From: Solobacterium sp.
Lineage (GTDB): Bacteria > Bacillota_I > Bacilli_A > Erysipelotrichales > Erysipelotrichaceae
Assembly: GCA_017420585.1 (NCBI GenBank)
Contig: JAFOIT010000201.1
Span: forward strand, 1 to 54,419
Reading direction: 5' to 3'
DNA length: 54,419 bases
Made by a program: the position numbers and the translations under genes. The first letter of the stretch is position 1. Each line of letters starts with the position of its first letter. Below the pieces are notes generated by a model. It was not told where the DNA came from and did not search any database. It worked only from the letters and a program-made list of their open reading frames with translations. Shown one piece after another: positions 44,329 through 54,419 of this stretch.

Positions 44329-46499
44329 CAGTTCAATTCGCTCTTCCGTTTCAGACTCGGATGGCCGGCCAGCATTTTCTTGATCCCGAAGGGATACGCA
44401 AAGGCAATCTCGGCAATCCCCTTTTCGCACTTGAGCACAATACCCTCACCGAACTTGGAATGCACCACCTGCTCGCCCTTGCGGAACTCAACAGCAGCCG
44501 ACTGCTCCAGCCGCTGGTTGAAGGTCTCTTCCGGGTCCGCGAACAGCTGCCGGTTGAGCGGCCGGCTGTCCAGCGGATTGCCCTGGAATGTGGCCCCCAT
44601 GTGTTCGATATACTCGTCATCGATCTCATCGATGAAGCGGGACCTGGTCCGGGCTTTCTGCAGAATATAGCTGAATCCCCCGGCTTCGGTCAGATACAGC
44701 TTGTTCCGGGCCCTGGTAAAGGCCACATACGCCAGGCGCCGTTCTTCCTCTACACCCTTCCGGCCGTCATTCATGGCTCTTTCATTCGGGAAAATGCCGT
44801 CATTCATATCGGATACGAAAACCGTATCAAATTCCAGGCCTTTGGCCGCGTGCACCGTCATCAGCTGCACGAAGTCACTGTTCATCGTTTCATCCCGGTC
44901 GCCGTACAGTGACACCAGCTGCAGGTATTCCTCCAGCGTACTGTCCGGATAGTTCTCGCTGAATTCCCGCACATCATCGATCAGTTCCTTCAGGTTTTCC
45001 AGCCGGTCTGTTTCATGATCGTCTTCCAGCATTGCCCGCAGGCCCGATTCCTCGATGATGTTTTCAAAGAGCCGGAAGATTTCCGTCCTGCCGGAAGCGG
45101 CCTTTTCCCGCCAGGATTCCACCATGGCCACAAAGTCATTCAGGGTTTTCTGCACCTTGCCGGAGAAGAGCTGCTCTTCCTTCAGCACGGTGTACATGGA
45201 CCGGCCGGTGCTGATTGCCCGCTGGGCGATCGTGTCCATGGTCTTGTTTCCGATGCCGCGCTTGGGCCGGTTCAGGATCCGCTGCAGGGCCAGGTCATCA
45301 GCCGATGAGACCATGCGCAGATAGCACAGGGCATCCTTGACTTCCTGGCGTTCATAGAACCGCACACCGCCATAGATTACATACGGGATCCGCTCATCCA
45401 GCAGCCCTTTTTCCAGGGAACGGGACAGGTAGTTGGAGCGGTACAGCACGGCCATGTCATGGTACGGCTTGCCCTGCTTGTGCAGTTCCTGGATCTTGGC
45501 CGCGATCCAGGCTGCCTCGTAGGCATCACTGGCACTGGCATAATGCGTGATCTTCACATCGGAGCGCCGGTTCGTATAAAGATCCTTCTCCAGGCGGTGA
45601 CGGTTGTTGCGGATGACGCTGTTGGCACCGTTCAGGATCGCCGAAGTCGAGCGGTAATTCTCATTCAGCATGATGGTCTTCGTGCCCGGGAAATCCTTCT
45701 CGAAGTTCAGGATGATATTCACATCGGCCCCGCGCCAGGTATAGATGGTCTGGTCCGGGTCGCCGACAACATAGAGGCTGTTGTCAATGCCGGTCAGCTG
45801 CCGGATCAGTTCGTACTGCACCTTGTCAATATCCTGGAACTCATCAACATGGATCCAGTGATAGCGGCGCTGCCACTTGTCCAGCACTTCGCTGTACGTC
45901 TTGAACATCTGCACCACCCACAGAATCAGGTCATCAAAATCCAGCGCGAACAAGGCCTTCTGGCGCTCCACATAGTACTGGTAGACTTCGGCTTTGGACT
46001 TGTCGCCGGTGAAGCTGCCGGCCAGTCTGAACGCGTGTTCCACGGAGATGCCGGAGGACTTGTTGTTGGCGATATAATCCAGCATGACACTGTACGGATA
46101 GCTTGTCGCGTCCAGCCCGAGAACCTTGTACGCTTCCTTCAGCACGGACTTCTGGTCTTCCGCGTCCATGACCGTGAAATTGCGCGGCCAGCCCATGCAC
46201 TGGATATCCTCCCGCAGGATCCGCACGCAGAGCGAGTGAATCGTGCTGATCCACGGCTGTCCGGCATCCTCGGCCAGCATCTTCCGCAGTCTGTCCTTCA
46301 TTTCGTTGGCTGCCTTGTTGGTAAAGGTGATCGCCAGGATTTTCCGGGCATCTTCCCCCAGGTCCTGCACCAGGTGGGCAATGCGCATGGTCAGCACCCG
46401 GGTCTTCCCGCTGCCGGCCCCGGCGACCACCCGCAGATATTTATCATCCGAAAGAACAGCTTCTTTCTGATTTTCATTCAAAATACTCAGATCCATCAT
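44328..46499 (-). CDS. pcrA: ATP-dependent DNA helicase PcrA/UvrD
   Basis: AGAGSGKT, TFTNKAA, VDEFQD, VGDPDQTIY, NYRS, TVHAAKGLEF, EERRLAYVAFTRA, C-terminal Tudor-like domain. Confidence 0.96.
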   Translation of the reverse strand: MMDLSILNENQKEAVLSDDKYLRVVAGAGSGKTRVLTMRIAHLVQDLGEDARKILAITFTNKAANEMKDRLRKMLAEDAGQPWISTIHSLCVRILREDIQCMGWPRNFTVMDAEDQKSVLKEAYKVLGLDATSYPYSVMLDYIANNKSSGISVEHAFRLAGSFTGDKSKAEVYQYYVERQKALFALDFDDLILWVVQMFKTYSEVLDKWQRRYHWIHVDEFQDIDKVQYELIRQLTGIDNSLYVVGDPDQTIYTWRGADVNIILNFEKDFPGTKTIMLNENYRSTSAILNGANSVIRNNRHRLEKDLYTNRRSDVKITHYASASDAYEAAWIAAKIQELHKQGKPYHDMAVLYRSNYLSRSLEKGLLDERIPYVIYGGVRFYERQEVKDALCYLRMVSSADDLALQRILNRPKRGIGNKTMDTIAQRAISTGRSMYTVLKEEQLFSGKVQKTLNDFVAMVESWREKAASGRTEIFRLFENIIEESGLRAMLEDDHETDRLENLKELIDDVREFSENYPDSTLEEYLQLVSLYGDRDETMNSDFVQLMTVHAAKGLEFDTVFVSDMNDGIFPNERAMNDGRKGVEEERRLAYVAFTRARNKLYLTEAGGFSYILQKARTRSRFIDEIDDEYIEHMGATFQGNPLDSRPLNRQLFADPEETFNQRLEQSAAVEFRKGEQVVHSKFGEGIVLKCEKGIAEIAFAYPFGIKKMLAGHPSLKRKSELN

Positions 46500-46611
46500 A
46501 TTCCTGCTCCACGCCCCACTCCGATGAGGCTATGTTATTATACCAAGAAAGAATCAATGCTGTCTGACTGAGTTTTATGCACATGCTATAATAGACAGCG
46601 GAGTGTAAACT

Positions 46612-47502
46612 ATGGTAAAGACTGCTGAAAACTGGAAAGATTTTGCCTGTATCGACGCCGGTGACGGGGAAAAGCTGGAGCGCTGGCAGAATATCGTGCT
46701 GCGCCGCCCGGACCCGCAGGCAATCTGGCCAAAAGATAAAAACGAAAAACTGTGGCAGAACGCCGATGCGGTCTATCACCGCTCCCGTTCCGGCGGCGGT
46801 TCCTGGGAATACCGGAAGAAACTGCCTGAAGCCTGGACGATTCAGTACGGTGAGTTGACCTTCAGGGTTTCTCCGACCGGCTTCAAGCATACGGGGCTGT
46901 TCCCCGAGCAGGCTGTCAACTGGGACTGGATGGCGAATCTGATCCGTACCCATAAGGATGAAAACCTGCGGATTCTGAACCTGTTTGCCTATACCGGCGG
47001 GGCTACCATGGCCTGTGCCGCGGCCGGCGCTGCCGAAGTGGTGCATGTGGACGCCGCCAAGGGCATGGTGCAGTGGGCCAAGGAGAACCGTGACCTATGC
47101 GGCCTGCAGGATCATGTCATCCGCTTCATTGTCGATGACTGCCTCAAGTTTGTGGAACGGGAGAAGCGCCGCGGGCATACCTACCACGGCATCCTGATGG
47201 ATCCCCCCTCCTACGGCCGCGGTCCGAACGGGGAGATGTGGAAGTTCGAAAAGGAAATCGTGCGGCTCATCGATGCCTGTCTGGATATTCTGGATGAACA
47301 TGCCCTGTTCTTCCTGATCAATTCCTATACAACCGGGTTCTCTTCCACATCCCTGGGTGATCTCATGAAGACAACCGTGCTGGCCGAGCATCCGGACGGA
47401 ACCATCGATGCCGGGGAAGTCGCCTTGCCGATCGCCGGCCGGGACCTGCTGCTTCCGTGCGGCATCTACGGCAGATGGGAGCGCCATGAAGATTCTCTAT
47501 GA
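46612..47502 (+). CDS. class I SAM-dependent methyltransferase (RlmI/RlmK-like)
   Basis: KHTGLFPEQ, LNLFAYTG, DPPSYGRG. Confidence 0.85.
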   Translation: MVKTAENWKDFACIDAGDGEKLERWQNIVLRRPDPQAIWPKDKNEKLWQNADAVYHRSRSGGGSWEYRKKLPEAWTIQYGELTFRVSPTGFKHTGLFPEQAVNWDWMANLIRTHKDENLRILNLFAYTGGATMACAAAGAAEVVHVDAAKGMVQWAKENRDLCGLQDHVIRFIVDDCLKFVEREKRRGHTYHGILMDPPSYGRGPNGEMWKFEKEIVRLIDACLDILDEHALFFLINSYTTGFSSTSLGDLMKTTVLAEHPDGTIDAGEVALPIAGRDLLLPCGIYGRWERHEDSL

Positions 47503-48145
47503 AGACAACCACCTGCTGGTATTGGAAAAACCGGTAAACATACCGGTGCAGGCAGACAGTTCGAATGATCCCGACCTGCTGACCATGGCCAAGGCATATA
47601 TCAAGGACCGGTACAGCAAACCCGGCAATGTCTATCTCGGCCTGGTGCACCGGCTTGACCGGCCGGTCGGCGGGGTCATGGTCTTCGCCCGCACCAGCAA
47701 GGCAGCCGCGCGGCTGTCCGATACAATCCGGAACCGGAAGATGAAGAAAACATATCTGGCGGTTCTGGACGGGATCCCGGCGGAAAAAAATGCCGTGCTG
47801 GAAGACTGGCTGCAGAAAGATCAGAAAACCAACACAACCCGGACGACAGACCGGGAACACGGCAAATACGCCCGTCTGTCCTACCGGATCCTGGCAGTAG
47901 CTGACCGCCGGGCCCTGGCTGAAATCACACTGGATACCGGCCGGTCCCATCAAATCCGGGTCCAGTTCGCGTCCCGCGGCTGGCCGCTGGCATATGACCA
48001 GCGCTATAACCCGCATCCCGGAAAAGGCCAGATTGCCCTCTGGGCAAGCCGGCTCGAGTTTCCGCATCCCGTCACCGGGGAAATGCTCACCTTTGAGGAT
48101 CTTCCCCAGGGCAGGCCATGGACAGATTTTGAGGTAATGGAATGA
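47486..48145 (+). CDS. RluA-family RNA pseudouridine synthase
   Basis: ILYEDNHLLVLEKP, VHRLDRPVGG, TGRSHQIRVQF. Confidence 0.92.
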   Translation: MKILYEDNHLLVLEKPVNIPVQADSSNDPDLLTMAKAYIKDRYSKPGNVYLGLVHRLDRPVGGVMVFARTSKAAARLSDTIRNRKMKKTYLAVLDGIPAEKNAVLEDWLQKDQKTNTTRTTDREHGKYARLSYRILAVADRRALAEITLDTGRSHQIRVQFASRGWPLAYDQRYNPHPGKGQIALWASRLEFPHPVTGEMLTFEDLPQGRPWTDFEVME

Positions 48146-49416
48146 CTGAAGTAAAAAAGAAGAGAAGAAAGCGCAGAAAGTACAAACTGGTACTGCCATG
48201 GAAACAGAACACCGCCCAGACCGGCAATAAGACCGTCCGCCGGAAAAGACGCCGGCTGAAACTGAAAAAGGAAGTCTGGTACGCGATTGCCGGCGTTGCA
48301 GCTGTTCTCCTGCTCATTCTGGTGCCGCGGGCCATGGACAACAGCAAGCTTAAGAAACTCGGCTATAAAAAAGATGAAATCGCGGCGATCCGGGAACAGA
48401 AACTGACCCGTACGCTGCTGGAAAACGAATGGTATTCCCCGTATCTGGCCCAGGCAATCAAAAACAACTCCCTGGATAAGGACTACCTGGAACTCTATAC
48501 CGTCGTCTCGCCTGAACGCGGGCTGTCGGCGCAGGACTTCCTGCTCTACAACCGGCTGCTGGACAAGGGCTATGTGGACAAGCAGCTTCTGAACCTGTTC
48601 AAGAATCTGAAGTACTGGGAAATGACGCCGCTGCTGGTCTTCGACTACCAGTATGACGAAACCATGTACATCAACGACTGCACAAGTCACCGTGAGACCA
48701 ACAGCCAGGACCACTTTGTCCTGGACGGCAACTACTATACGTTCTATGAAAATACCCTGCCGGTGGATGATGTCAGCAGCGTGGATATGCTGGTGAACAA
48801 GACCTATTATCTGGACGGGTCGTATCTCCCGCCGCAGCTGACGGATCTTTCCATACAGTACGCCGCAACCGACCGGCAGCTGGCCCAGACAGCGGCTGAT
48901 GCCCTGGCTGACTGGTGCAACGCCGGCCGCGGGGTCGGGGTCACCTTCTACGCCACCAGCGCCTACCGTTCCTATGAATCCCAGGAAACCCTGTACAGGA
49001 ACTATGTCGGGGTCTATGGTGAAGCCCAGACCGACCTGATGTCGGCCCGGCCGGGGTTCTCCGAACACCAGACCGGCTATACCGTTGACATCGCGGCCAC
49101 CCATGAGGATGACATCGAAGAGTTCAAGGATACGCTGGCATACCGCTGGACCAGCACGAATTCACCGGATTACGGCTGGATCCTGCGCTATCCGGAAGGC
49201 AAGGAAAGCATCACCGGTTATGAGTTCGAGTCCTGGCATTACCGCTACCTCGGCGTTGATCTGGCCCGGGCTGTCGCCGCTTCCGGCATGACCTACGATG
49301 AATTCTACTGCCTGTACCTGAAGCCCTGGAACGGCGAAGGTGAAAACAAGCCGAAGGACAGCATCCTCGAGGCCAGTGACTGGCATAACCTGATCGCTGC
49401 CGAAACCGCAGAATAA
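48142..49416 (+). CDS. membrane-anchored M15B (VanY/LdcB-like) carboxypeptidase
   Basis: SAYRSY, ARPGFSEHQTG..VDI, ESWHYRY; basic N-terminus plus TM. Confidence 0.87.
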   Translation: MTEVKKKRRKRRKYKLVLPWKQNTAQTGNKTVRRKRRRLKLKKEVWYAIAGVAAVLLLILVPRAMDNSKLKKLGYKKDEIAAIREQKLTRTLLENEWYSPYLAQAIKNNSLDKDYLELYTVVSPERGLSAQDFLLYNRLLDKGYVDKQLLNLFKNLKYWEMTPLLVFDYQYDETMYINDCTSHRETNSQDHFVLDGNYYTFYENTLPVDDVSSVDMLVNKTYYLDGSYLPPQLTDLSIQYAATDRQLAQTAADALADWCNAGRGVGVTFYATSAYRSYESQETLYRNYVGVYGEAQTDLMSARPGFSEHQTGYTVDIAATHEDDIEEFKDTLAYRWTSTNSPDYGWILRYPEGKESITGYEFESWHYRYLGVDLARAVAASGMTYDEFYCLYLKPWNGEGENKPKDSILEASDWHNLIAAETAE

Positions 49417-49442
49417 AACCGGATCACACGATCCGGTTTTTT
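49415..49442. terminator. bidirectional terminator
   Basis: AAAACCGGATC-ACAC-GATCCGGTTTTTT. Confidence 0.88.
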
Positions 49443-50241
49443 ATTTCAGTATATGTGCACGCACGTAGCGGGCAAAGCCCTGTTCATCAACGGACGGGGC
49501 AATGTCATCCGCCGCGTCCCTGGCATCCTGTGTACCGTTTGCCATGCATATGCCGGCCCCGGCATACCTGAGCATGGCAATATCATTTGTGGTATCACCG
49601 AAGGCCATGATCTCCCCGGCGGTAATGCCCATCATCTCTGCCGCAATGGCCAGCCCGGTATCCTTGTTCAGCCGGGCATCGTTGAACTCCAGCAGGTCCG
49701 GCGCGGTCCTGAACCCGATATAGCGCGGATCCCGGTGGGTTCTTTCGAATTCCTCCGCGGCTTCCATATCCTCCGGGTTCAGCACGAACATCACCTTGAT
49801 CTGCGGCCTGACCGTCAGCGTACGGATGTCACCTTCCCGCACTTCCTGGCCGACCCGGTCAGCCACGATCCGCACCTGCGGCGTGATCTTCTGGGCATAG
49901 AACATGGCTCCCTCATACATGGTCGGAATCAGGCCCTCCGGCTCATACAGGTCGATGATCTCCCGGATCAGGGGCACATCCAGCATATACGGCACAACCA
50001 TCCGGCCGGTTTTCATATCCAGTACTTCCCCGCCGCCGGAACCGATCAGGTAATCGAGTTCGCCCTCGAGATGCCAGCCGGCCAATAAGCCTGTTATGCT
50101 GGCCACCGGCCGGCCCGAGCAGATCGCAAAGGCCACGCCGTTCTGCCGCAGTTCCCTGACAGCTGCCGGCACGGAAGGATCACACACGCCGCTGGCATTG
50201 ATGATCGTCCCGTCCAGGTCCGCTGCCACCAGCTTGATCAT
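49441..50241 (-). CDS. Cof-type HAD-IIB hydrolase
   Basis: DLDGT, CSGRP, AFGDTTNDIAML. Confidence 0.92.
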   Translation of the reverse strand: MIKLVAADLDGTIINASGVCDPSVPAAVRELRQNGVAFAICSGRPVASITGLLAGWHLEGELDYLIGSGGGEVLDMKTGRMVVPYMLDVPLIREIIDLYEPEGLIPTMYEGAMFYAQKITPQVRIVADRVGQEVREGDIRTLTVRPQIKVMFVLNPEDMEAAEEFERTHRDPRYIGFRTAPDLLEFNDARLNKDTGLAIAAEMMGITAGEIMAFGDTTNDIAMLRYAGAGICMANGTQDARDAADDIAPSVDEQGFARYVRAHILK

Positions 50242-51095
50242 TCTGTCTTCCCCAGGAACCGGAACAGTTCCTCTTTTCTGTTTTCCATGTCCTGGTAGCC
50301 CAGGTCATACAGTTCCTGCAGTTCCGGCGTATTGCCGCTGAACCGGGCCACATGCAGGGTGCTGGACGGCCGGAACAGCATCGCGTTGCCTTCATCCACC
50401 AGCCGGTAAATCAGGTCCATCTGGTGATTGTAGTTGATATGGCGGATCGCGTAGTCCTCCACCATTTTCGGATAGTTGTGATAGAACATCTTCATCATGA
50501 CCTTGACGGCCGGACTGCCCGGTTTGCGGACATAGCCGGCCGGCTTGGTGGTAATGACGATATGCTTCGTGCAGCCTCTTTCAATGGAGCGCTCAATCGG
50601 AATCATCTTGGTGATCCCGCCGTCAAGGTACTCCCGGCCGTTGAACTTCACCCGGGCCGAGGCAATCGGCAGGGAACAGGCCGCCAGCACCAGCTGCAGG
50701 TTGTCATCCAGGTCCTGCGCATTGAACCAGATGGTCTCCCCTTTCTGCAGGTCATAGCAGCCGATCTCCATGTCCGGGTTCTCTTCCTTCAGCTGCGCAA
50801 TGGAGAAGTTCTCCTTATCAACCAGGTCATGAAACAGATGCTGGTAAGCCACATAGTGATGTTCCTTGACAAAGGCGGACAGACCCACAATATCCGGGTC
50901 CGCGACATATTCGGTCGACATCTTGTGCGGCACATGCTTGTTCCGCATCAGATAGCAGATCAGATACAATGCCCCGGAAGAAATCCCGGCGCCGTAATCA
51001 AATGTTACATCGTGATCGTTCAGCCAGGCCAGCGCCCCGGCCGTATAGGCACCGCGCATCCCGCCGCCTTCCAGTACCAGTCCATATCGTTCCAT
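50238..51095 (-). CDS. patatin-like phospholipase
   Basis: GGGMRG, GISSG, YLDGG; start set at MERYGLV. Confidence 0.9.
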   Translation of the reverse strand: MERYGLVLEGGGMRGAYTAGALAWLNDHDVTFDYGAGISSGALYLICYLMRNKHVPHKMSTEYVADPDIVGLSAFVKEHHYVAYQHLFHDLVDKENFSIAQLKEENPDMEIGCYDLQKGETIWFNAQDLDDNLQLVLAACSLPIASARVKFNGREYLDGGITKMIPIERSIERGCTKHIVITTKPAGYVRKPGSPAVKVMMKMFYHNYPKMVEDYAIRHINYNHQMDLIYRLVDEGNAMLFRPSSTLHVARFSGNTPELQELYDLGYQDMENRKEELFRFLGKTE

Positions 51096-51108
51096 ATATC
51101 TGTTCCTC

Positions 51109-51846
51109 TTACTCTTCTGTTTCTGCATTGGCTTCCGCTTCCGCCGCGGCTGCCTGCAGTTCATCATAGTCCGCCTGAATCAGTTCCATGAACCAGGTCA
51201 CCTTGTTTTCGGTGATCAGCCGGTGCGGACAGATTTTTCCCATGAAATCCCGGTGCAGATAAACATCATCCGGGGTCAGCCTGTACGCCTGCAGCAGTTC
51301 GGCACACAGCCAGGCGGTATTCCTGACGGTCTGATCGAAATCCCCGCTGACATTGACGCACATCTCAATGCCGATGCCGTTCATATTGCCGCCGTCCCGG
51401 GAGCGGTTGTCCCCGGCATTCCAGGCAATTTCATTGTCCGGCAGGTTGTGGTAAATGCTGTGGTCATCCACAGTGTAGTGCCATGACGTGATATCCGCGG
51501 TATCCCCGGTCAGGAACCGGCTGTGGGCTTCCGCGTCAGCCCCGGGCGAACGATTATCCGTCTCATGGATAATCAGGAACCGGATCTCCCGGATTTCACC
51601 GGGCCGGCGGGAGCTGTCATACGGGATAAACACATGATTCACCGGGATGCCGTGCACATCATCAAGGGTGACGGCATAGGTAATATAGCCGCTTTCCTCT
51701 TCTTCGATGACTTCCGCGGTGAGGACGGGCGTAGTTTCCGGCTTCCGGCGCAGCAGCCGGTATGCTGTTCCTGCCAACAGCAGCGGGATCAGAAGCAGAA
51801 TCAGGACCCGCTCAAGCCTGACTCTTCCCGGACGTTTCGCAGCCAT
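51109..51846 (-). CDS. membrane-anchored N-acetylmuramoyl-L-alanine amidase (Amidase_2)
   Basis: IHETDN, SWHYTVDD, AWNAGD, IGIEMC, HRDF.GKICP. Confidence 0.88.
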   Translation of the reverse strand: MAAKRPGRVRLERVLILLLIPLLLAGTAYRLLRRKPETTPVLTAEVIEEEESGYITYAVTLDDVHGIPVNHVFIPYDSSRRPGEIREIRFLIIHETDNRSPGADAEAHSRFLTGDTADITSWHYTVDDHSIYHNLPDNEIAWNAGDNRSRDGGNMNGIGIEMCVNVSGDFDQTVRNTAWLCAELLQAYRLTPDDVYLHRDFMGKICPHRLITENKVTWFMELIQADYDELQAAAAEAEANAETEE

Positions 51847-53375
51847 CAGAACAGCGGCGCCATCAGCCTCAGGACAGCGCGCCAGACCCGGACCGCCGGA
51901 TTCGTATTCTGTACTTCCTCCAGCGTGACCTCGTGGGACCGCTCCAGGGCCTGTTCAAAGTCTTTCCGGATCTGCAGGATTTCCGGTGAATCGAACATGA
52001 GCACCCCGTCTTCAAAGTGCAGGAAGTAACTTCTGTAGTCCGTGTTGACGGAACCGACAATGGCCAGGGTATCATCCGACACAATGGCCTTGCTGTGATT
52101 GAACCCCGGGGTGAATTCATAGATTCTGACCCCGTTGATCAGCAGCTGGTAATAATTCGAGCGGGTAATGGAGAACACATACCGCTTGTCCGGTATATGC
52201 GGGACCAGGATCCGCACATCCACCCCGGTCTCTGCCGAAAGGGTCAGGGCCCTGAGCATATCCGCGTTGAGCACCAGGTACGGTGTATTGATATAAACAT
52301 ATTTCCGGGCGTGGTTGACGATATTCAGGTGCATGCTCAGGCCGACATCCGAATCATCGGTCGGCGTATCCGAAAACGGCTGATAAAGACCGTGGTAACC
52401 GACATCCTCAGGAATAATATGATACTTCTCATAGTCAACAGCCGCATCATCCGGCTTAAGATAGCTGTACATGCTTAAAAACATATCCGACAGACTCCAG
52501 ACCGCTTCCCCTTCCAGCATCAGGACAGAATCCCGCCAGTAACCGTAGCGTCTCTTCAGATTGATGTATTCATCGGCCAGGTTCACCCCGCCGGTAAAGC
52601 CCACACGGTTGTCCACAACACAGATCTTGCGGTGATCCCGGTTGTTCATCTGGATCATCAGGGCCGGCCTCAAGCGGTTGAACCGGTAGGTTTCAATGCC
52701 CATTTCATTCAGCTTTTTATCATAGCGGTACGGCAGCGTGGTGGCACAGCCGAAATCATCGTAAATCAGCTTTACTTCCACGCCGGCCGCAGCTTTCTGT
52801 TTCAGTATTTCCAGGACGCTGTCCCACATCTTCCCTTCATCGATGATGAAGTATTCCATGAAAATAAAATGCTCAGCCTTCTTCAGTTCTTCCAGCAAAA
52901 CCGGGAACCACTCCTCCCCGCTTGCAAAAAACCGGGCTTTCGTATCGTCATAAACCGGGAACCGGCTGGTTTTCAGAGCATAGGCAAACATCTTGTGCAC
53001 CTGCGGGTGTTCCCACGCCAGCCTGTTCATCAGGCTGCCGTCCTGCTGCAGCAGCTCCTGCATTTTCTCCGATGCCCGGCTGGTCCCGCGGGAGAGCTTC
53101 TTCGGCATGCGCTTGTTGCCGCAGACCAGATACAGCGGAATGCCGACAATCGGTACAGCCAGGATCAGGATACTCCAGACAATCTTGTATTCCGAATCCT
53201 CGTAGCGGTTCAGGATGATAATGGCAAAGACAATGGCAATCGCGTTGAACCACGGCGACAGTTTCCAGGTGAACGCTGCCCGGTAAAACCACATGAAAAG
53301 AAACCAGAGCTGAATCAGAATCAACACGGCAGTAATCATCATGCGGCTCGTCAGGATTTTGAAGAGACGATGCAT
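51846..53375 (-). CDS. cls: cardiolipin synthase
   Basis: N-terminal TMs; two HKD motifs (HRKICVVD, HSKAIVSD). Confidence 0.93.
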   Translation of the reverse strand: MHRLFKILTSRMMITAVLILIQLWFLFMWFYRAAFTWKLSPWFNAIAIVFAIIILNRYEDSEYKIVWSILILAVPIVGIPLYLVCGNKRMPKKLSRGTSRASEKMQELLQQDGSLMNRLAWEHPQVHKMFAYALKTSRFPVYDDTKARFFASGEEWFPVLLEELKKAEHFIFMEYFIIDEGKMWDSVLEILKQKAAAGVEVKLIYDDFGCATTLPYRYDKKLNEMGIETYRFNRLRPALMIQMNNRDHRKICVVDNRVGFTGGVNLADEYINLKRRYGYWRDSVLMLEGEAVWSLSDMFLSMYSYLKPDDAAVDYEKYHIIPEDVGYHGLYQPFSDTPTDDSDVGLSMHLNIVNHARKYVYINTPYLVLNADMLRALTLSAETGVDVRILVPHIPDKRYVFSITRSNYYQLLINGVRIYEFTPGFNHSKAIVSDDTLAIVGSVNTDYRSYFLHFEDGVLMFDSPEILQIRKDFEQALERSHEVTLEEVQNTNPAVRVWRAVLRLMAPLF

Positions 53376-53419
53376 GCCCCTATTATAGCAAAAGCAGAAT
53401 CAAACTGCAGAGTATGCCG

Positions 53420-53905
53420 TCAATCCTGCTTCAGATCATATTCGTAGATATTCTTTATGGTTTCACCCCGGCGGTAGAGCCAGTGGTCTTCCGGCACGGG
53501 TACTGTTTCCAGCAGGGTGCCGTTGAGCTTTTCCAGAGTCCGGCGGGACGCTTCGTTGTCCGGGGAACAGGTGATCAGCAGCTTCTCAAAGCCGTACACA
53601 TCCCTGGCCACCGGCAGGAGCACCCGGCAGGCGTGGTACGCATAGCCGTTTCCCCGGTGGACCGGGCTGACATTGTAGCCGATATTGCCGGCATAATACA
53701 GCGTCGGATCATCGCCGATCCGCAGATCACACGTCCCGACTTTCACATAGGATCCGTGTTTGTAGATCCCGAAGAGGATCGAGTGGGTATTGTCGTTGAA
53801 TACGTTGGCGGGAATATCCTGTTCCTGCACCAGGTCAACCACATCACCGCTGTAACGGATTTCTTTCCTGACCGCCGCCAGCAGCCGTTCAAAAATCACA
53901 GGCAC
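53420..53905 (-). CDS. GNAT N-acetyltransferase
   Basis: AGNIGYNVSPVHRGNGYA, ITCSPDNEASRR; GTG start with GAGGAGG. Confidence 0.85.
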   Translation of the reverse strand: MPVIFERLLAAVRKEIRYSGDVVDLVQEQDIPANVFNDNTHSILFGIYKHGSYVKVGTCDLRIGDDPTLYYAGNIGYNVSPVHRGNGYAYHACRVLLPVARDVYGFEKLLITCSPDNEASRRTLEKLNGTLLETVPVPEDHWLYRRGETIKNIYEYDLKQD

Positions 53906-53912
53906 CGCCTCC

Positions 53913-54419
53913 TCAGTCCGCCAGGCTGATGATCAGATCCCGGTAGATATCCCGCAGCGTTTCCTTCTGTTTGTCATCCAGCTGGGCATCCCCGCTTGTG
54001 AACTCAAAATCATCCACCAGTGAAATGTGATTGCCGATGATTTTCCCTTCTTTGACCGCAATGACATCCGGAATCAGGAAGTTCTTTTCGCCGCTCTCCG
54101 ATACGGACAGCGCCGCGTCGAGATACGGCAGGAGTTCCTCATACTTTTCATAGGTCAGCTTGGACATGTCCACATCGATGTAGTAAACGGATATGCCGTA
54201 TTCATTGAGCACGGCATCCAGCTCCGGCACGGCCCGCTGACAGTATGGGCAGTTCGAACGGCCGAAATAAAGCAGCCCGGTGCCGCCCTCATCGAAAAAG
54301 CGCATGCTCTCATCCGGCGTGATTTCCAGAAACGGCGGCTCCTCGTCATTGAGCCACTGGTAATCCCGCATGTCCGCCGGCTCACTGACCGGTTCCACCG
54401 CACTGGTGATGACCAGGCC
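53913..54419 (-). CDS. thioredoxin-like protein (bacteriocin transport accessory-like), 5' truncated by the window
   Basis: LYFGRSNCPYC, VYYIDV, IP; frame stays open to the window edge. Confidence 0.7.
   Translation of the reverse strand, partial: GLVITSAVEPVSEPADMRDYQWLNDEEPPFLEITPDESMRFFDEGGTGLLYFGRSNCPYCQRAVPELDAVLNEYGISVYYIDVDMSKLTYEKYEELLPYLDAALSVSESGEKNFLIPDVIAVKEGKIIGNHISLVDDFEFTSGDAQLDDKQKETLRDIYRDLIISLAD

Noticed and set aside
48142-49416. VanY-like gene as a vancomycin-resistance determinant
   Set aside because: No vanHAX/vanRS nearby; housekeeping context fits an LdcB/DacB-type cell-wall enzyme

Overview
54.4 kb of a moderately GC-rich Firmicutes chromosome. Gene content and the 16S 5' end suggest Erysipelotrichaceae (Solobacterium/Bulleidia-like); this assignment is inference. 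The window opens on the minus-strand leader of an rRNA operon, with tandem P1/P2 promoters and the first bases of 16S. It continues with housekeeping and metabolic genes: TPP riboswitch-thiT, fRMsr, iadA, a tartrate dehydrogenase-family gene, a TSUP/CTP-dependent-lipid-kinase fusion beside a GH43, a LacI/cre-controlled maltodextrin ABC operon with two GH13 enzymes, and a TetR-DegV pair. An accessory region follows, ending at the 3' end of rlmD (rumA). It holds the scar of a deleted ICE-like element (replaced rlmD tail, structured leader, truncated repA fused to a hydrolase fragment) and a compact six-gene WYL-led operon (WYL, VOC, GyrI-like, SPL-like radical SAM, YoaP-GNAT, TfoX-N) with its own palindromic operator and terminator, proposed as a genotoxin-defence system. 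Next come gatCAB and ligA. A 7.4 kb opposite-strand block then sits between ligA and pcrA: a pseudokinase + kinase + NarL regulator trio followed by an SPFH/Zn-ribbon/double-TPM (ydjIGH-like, PspA-less) module with a class II-positioned palindrome in its promoter. The window ends with RNA-modification, cell-wall and lipid genes. No CRISPR array, tRNA, intact transposase or integrase was seen.
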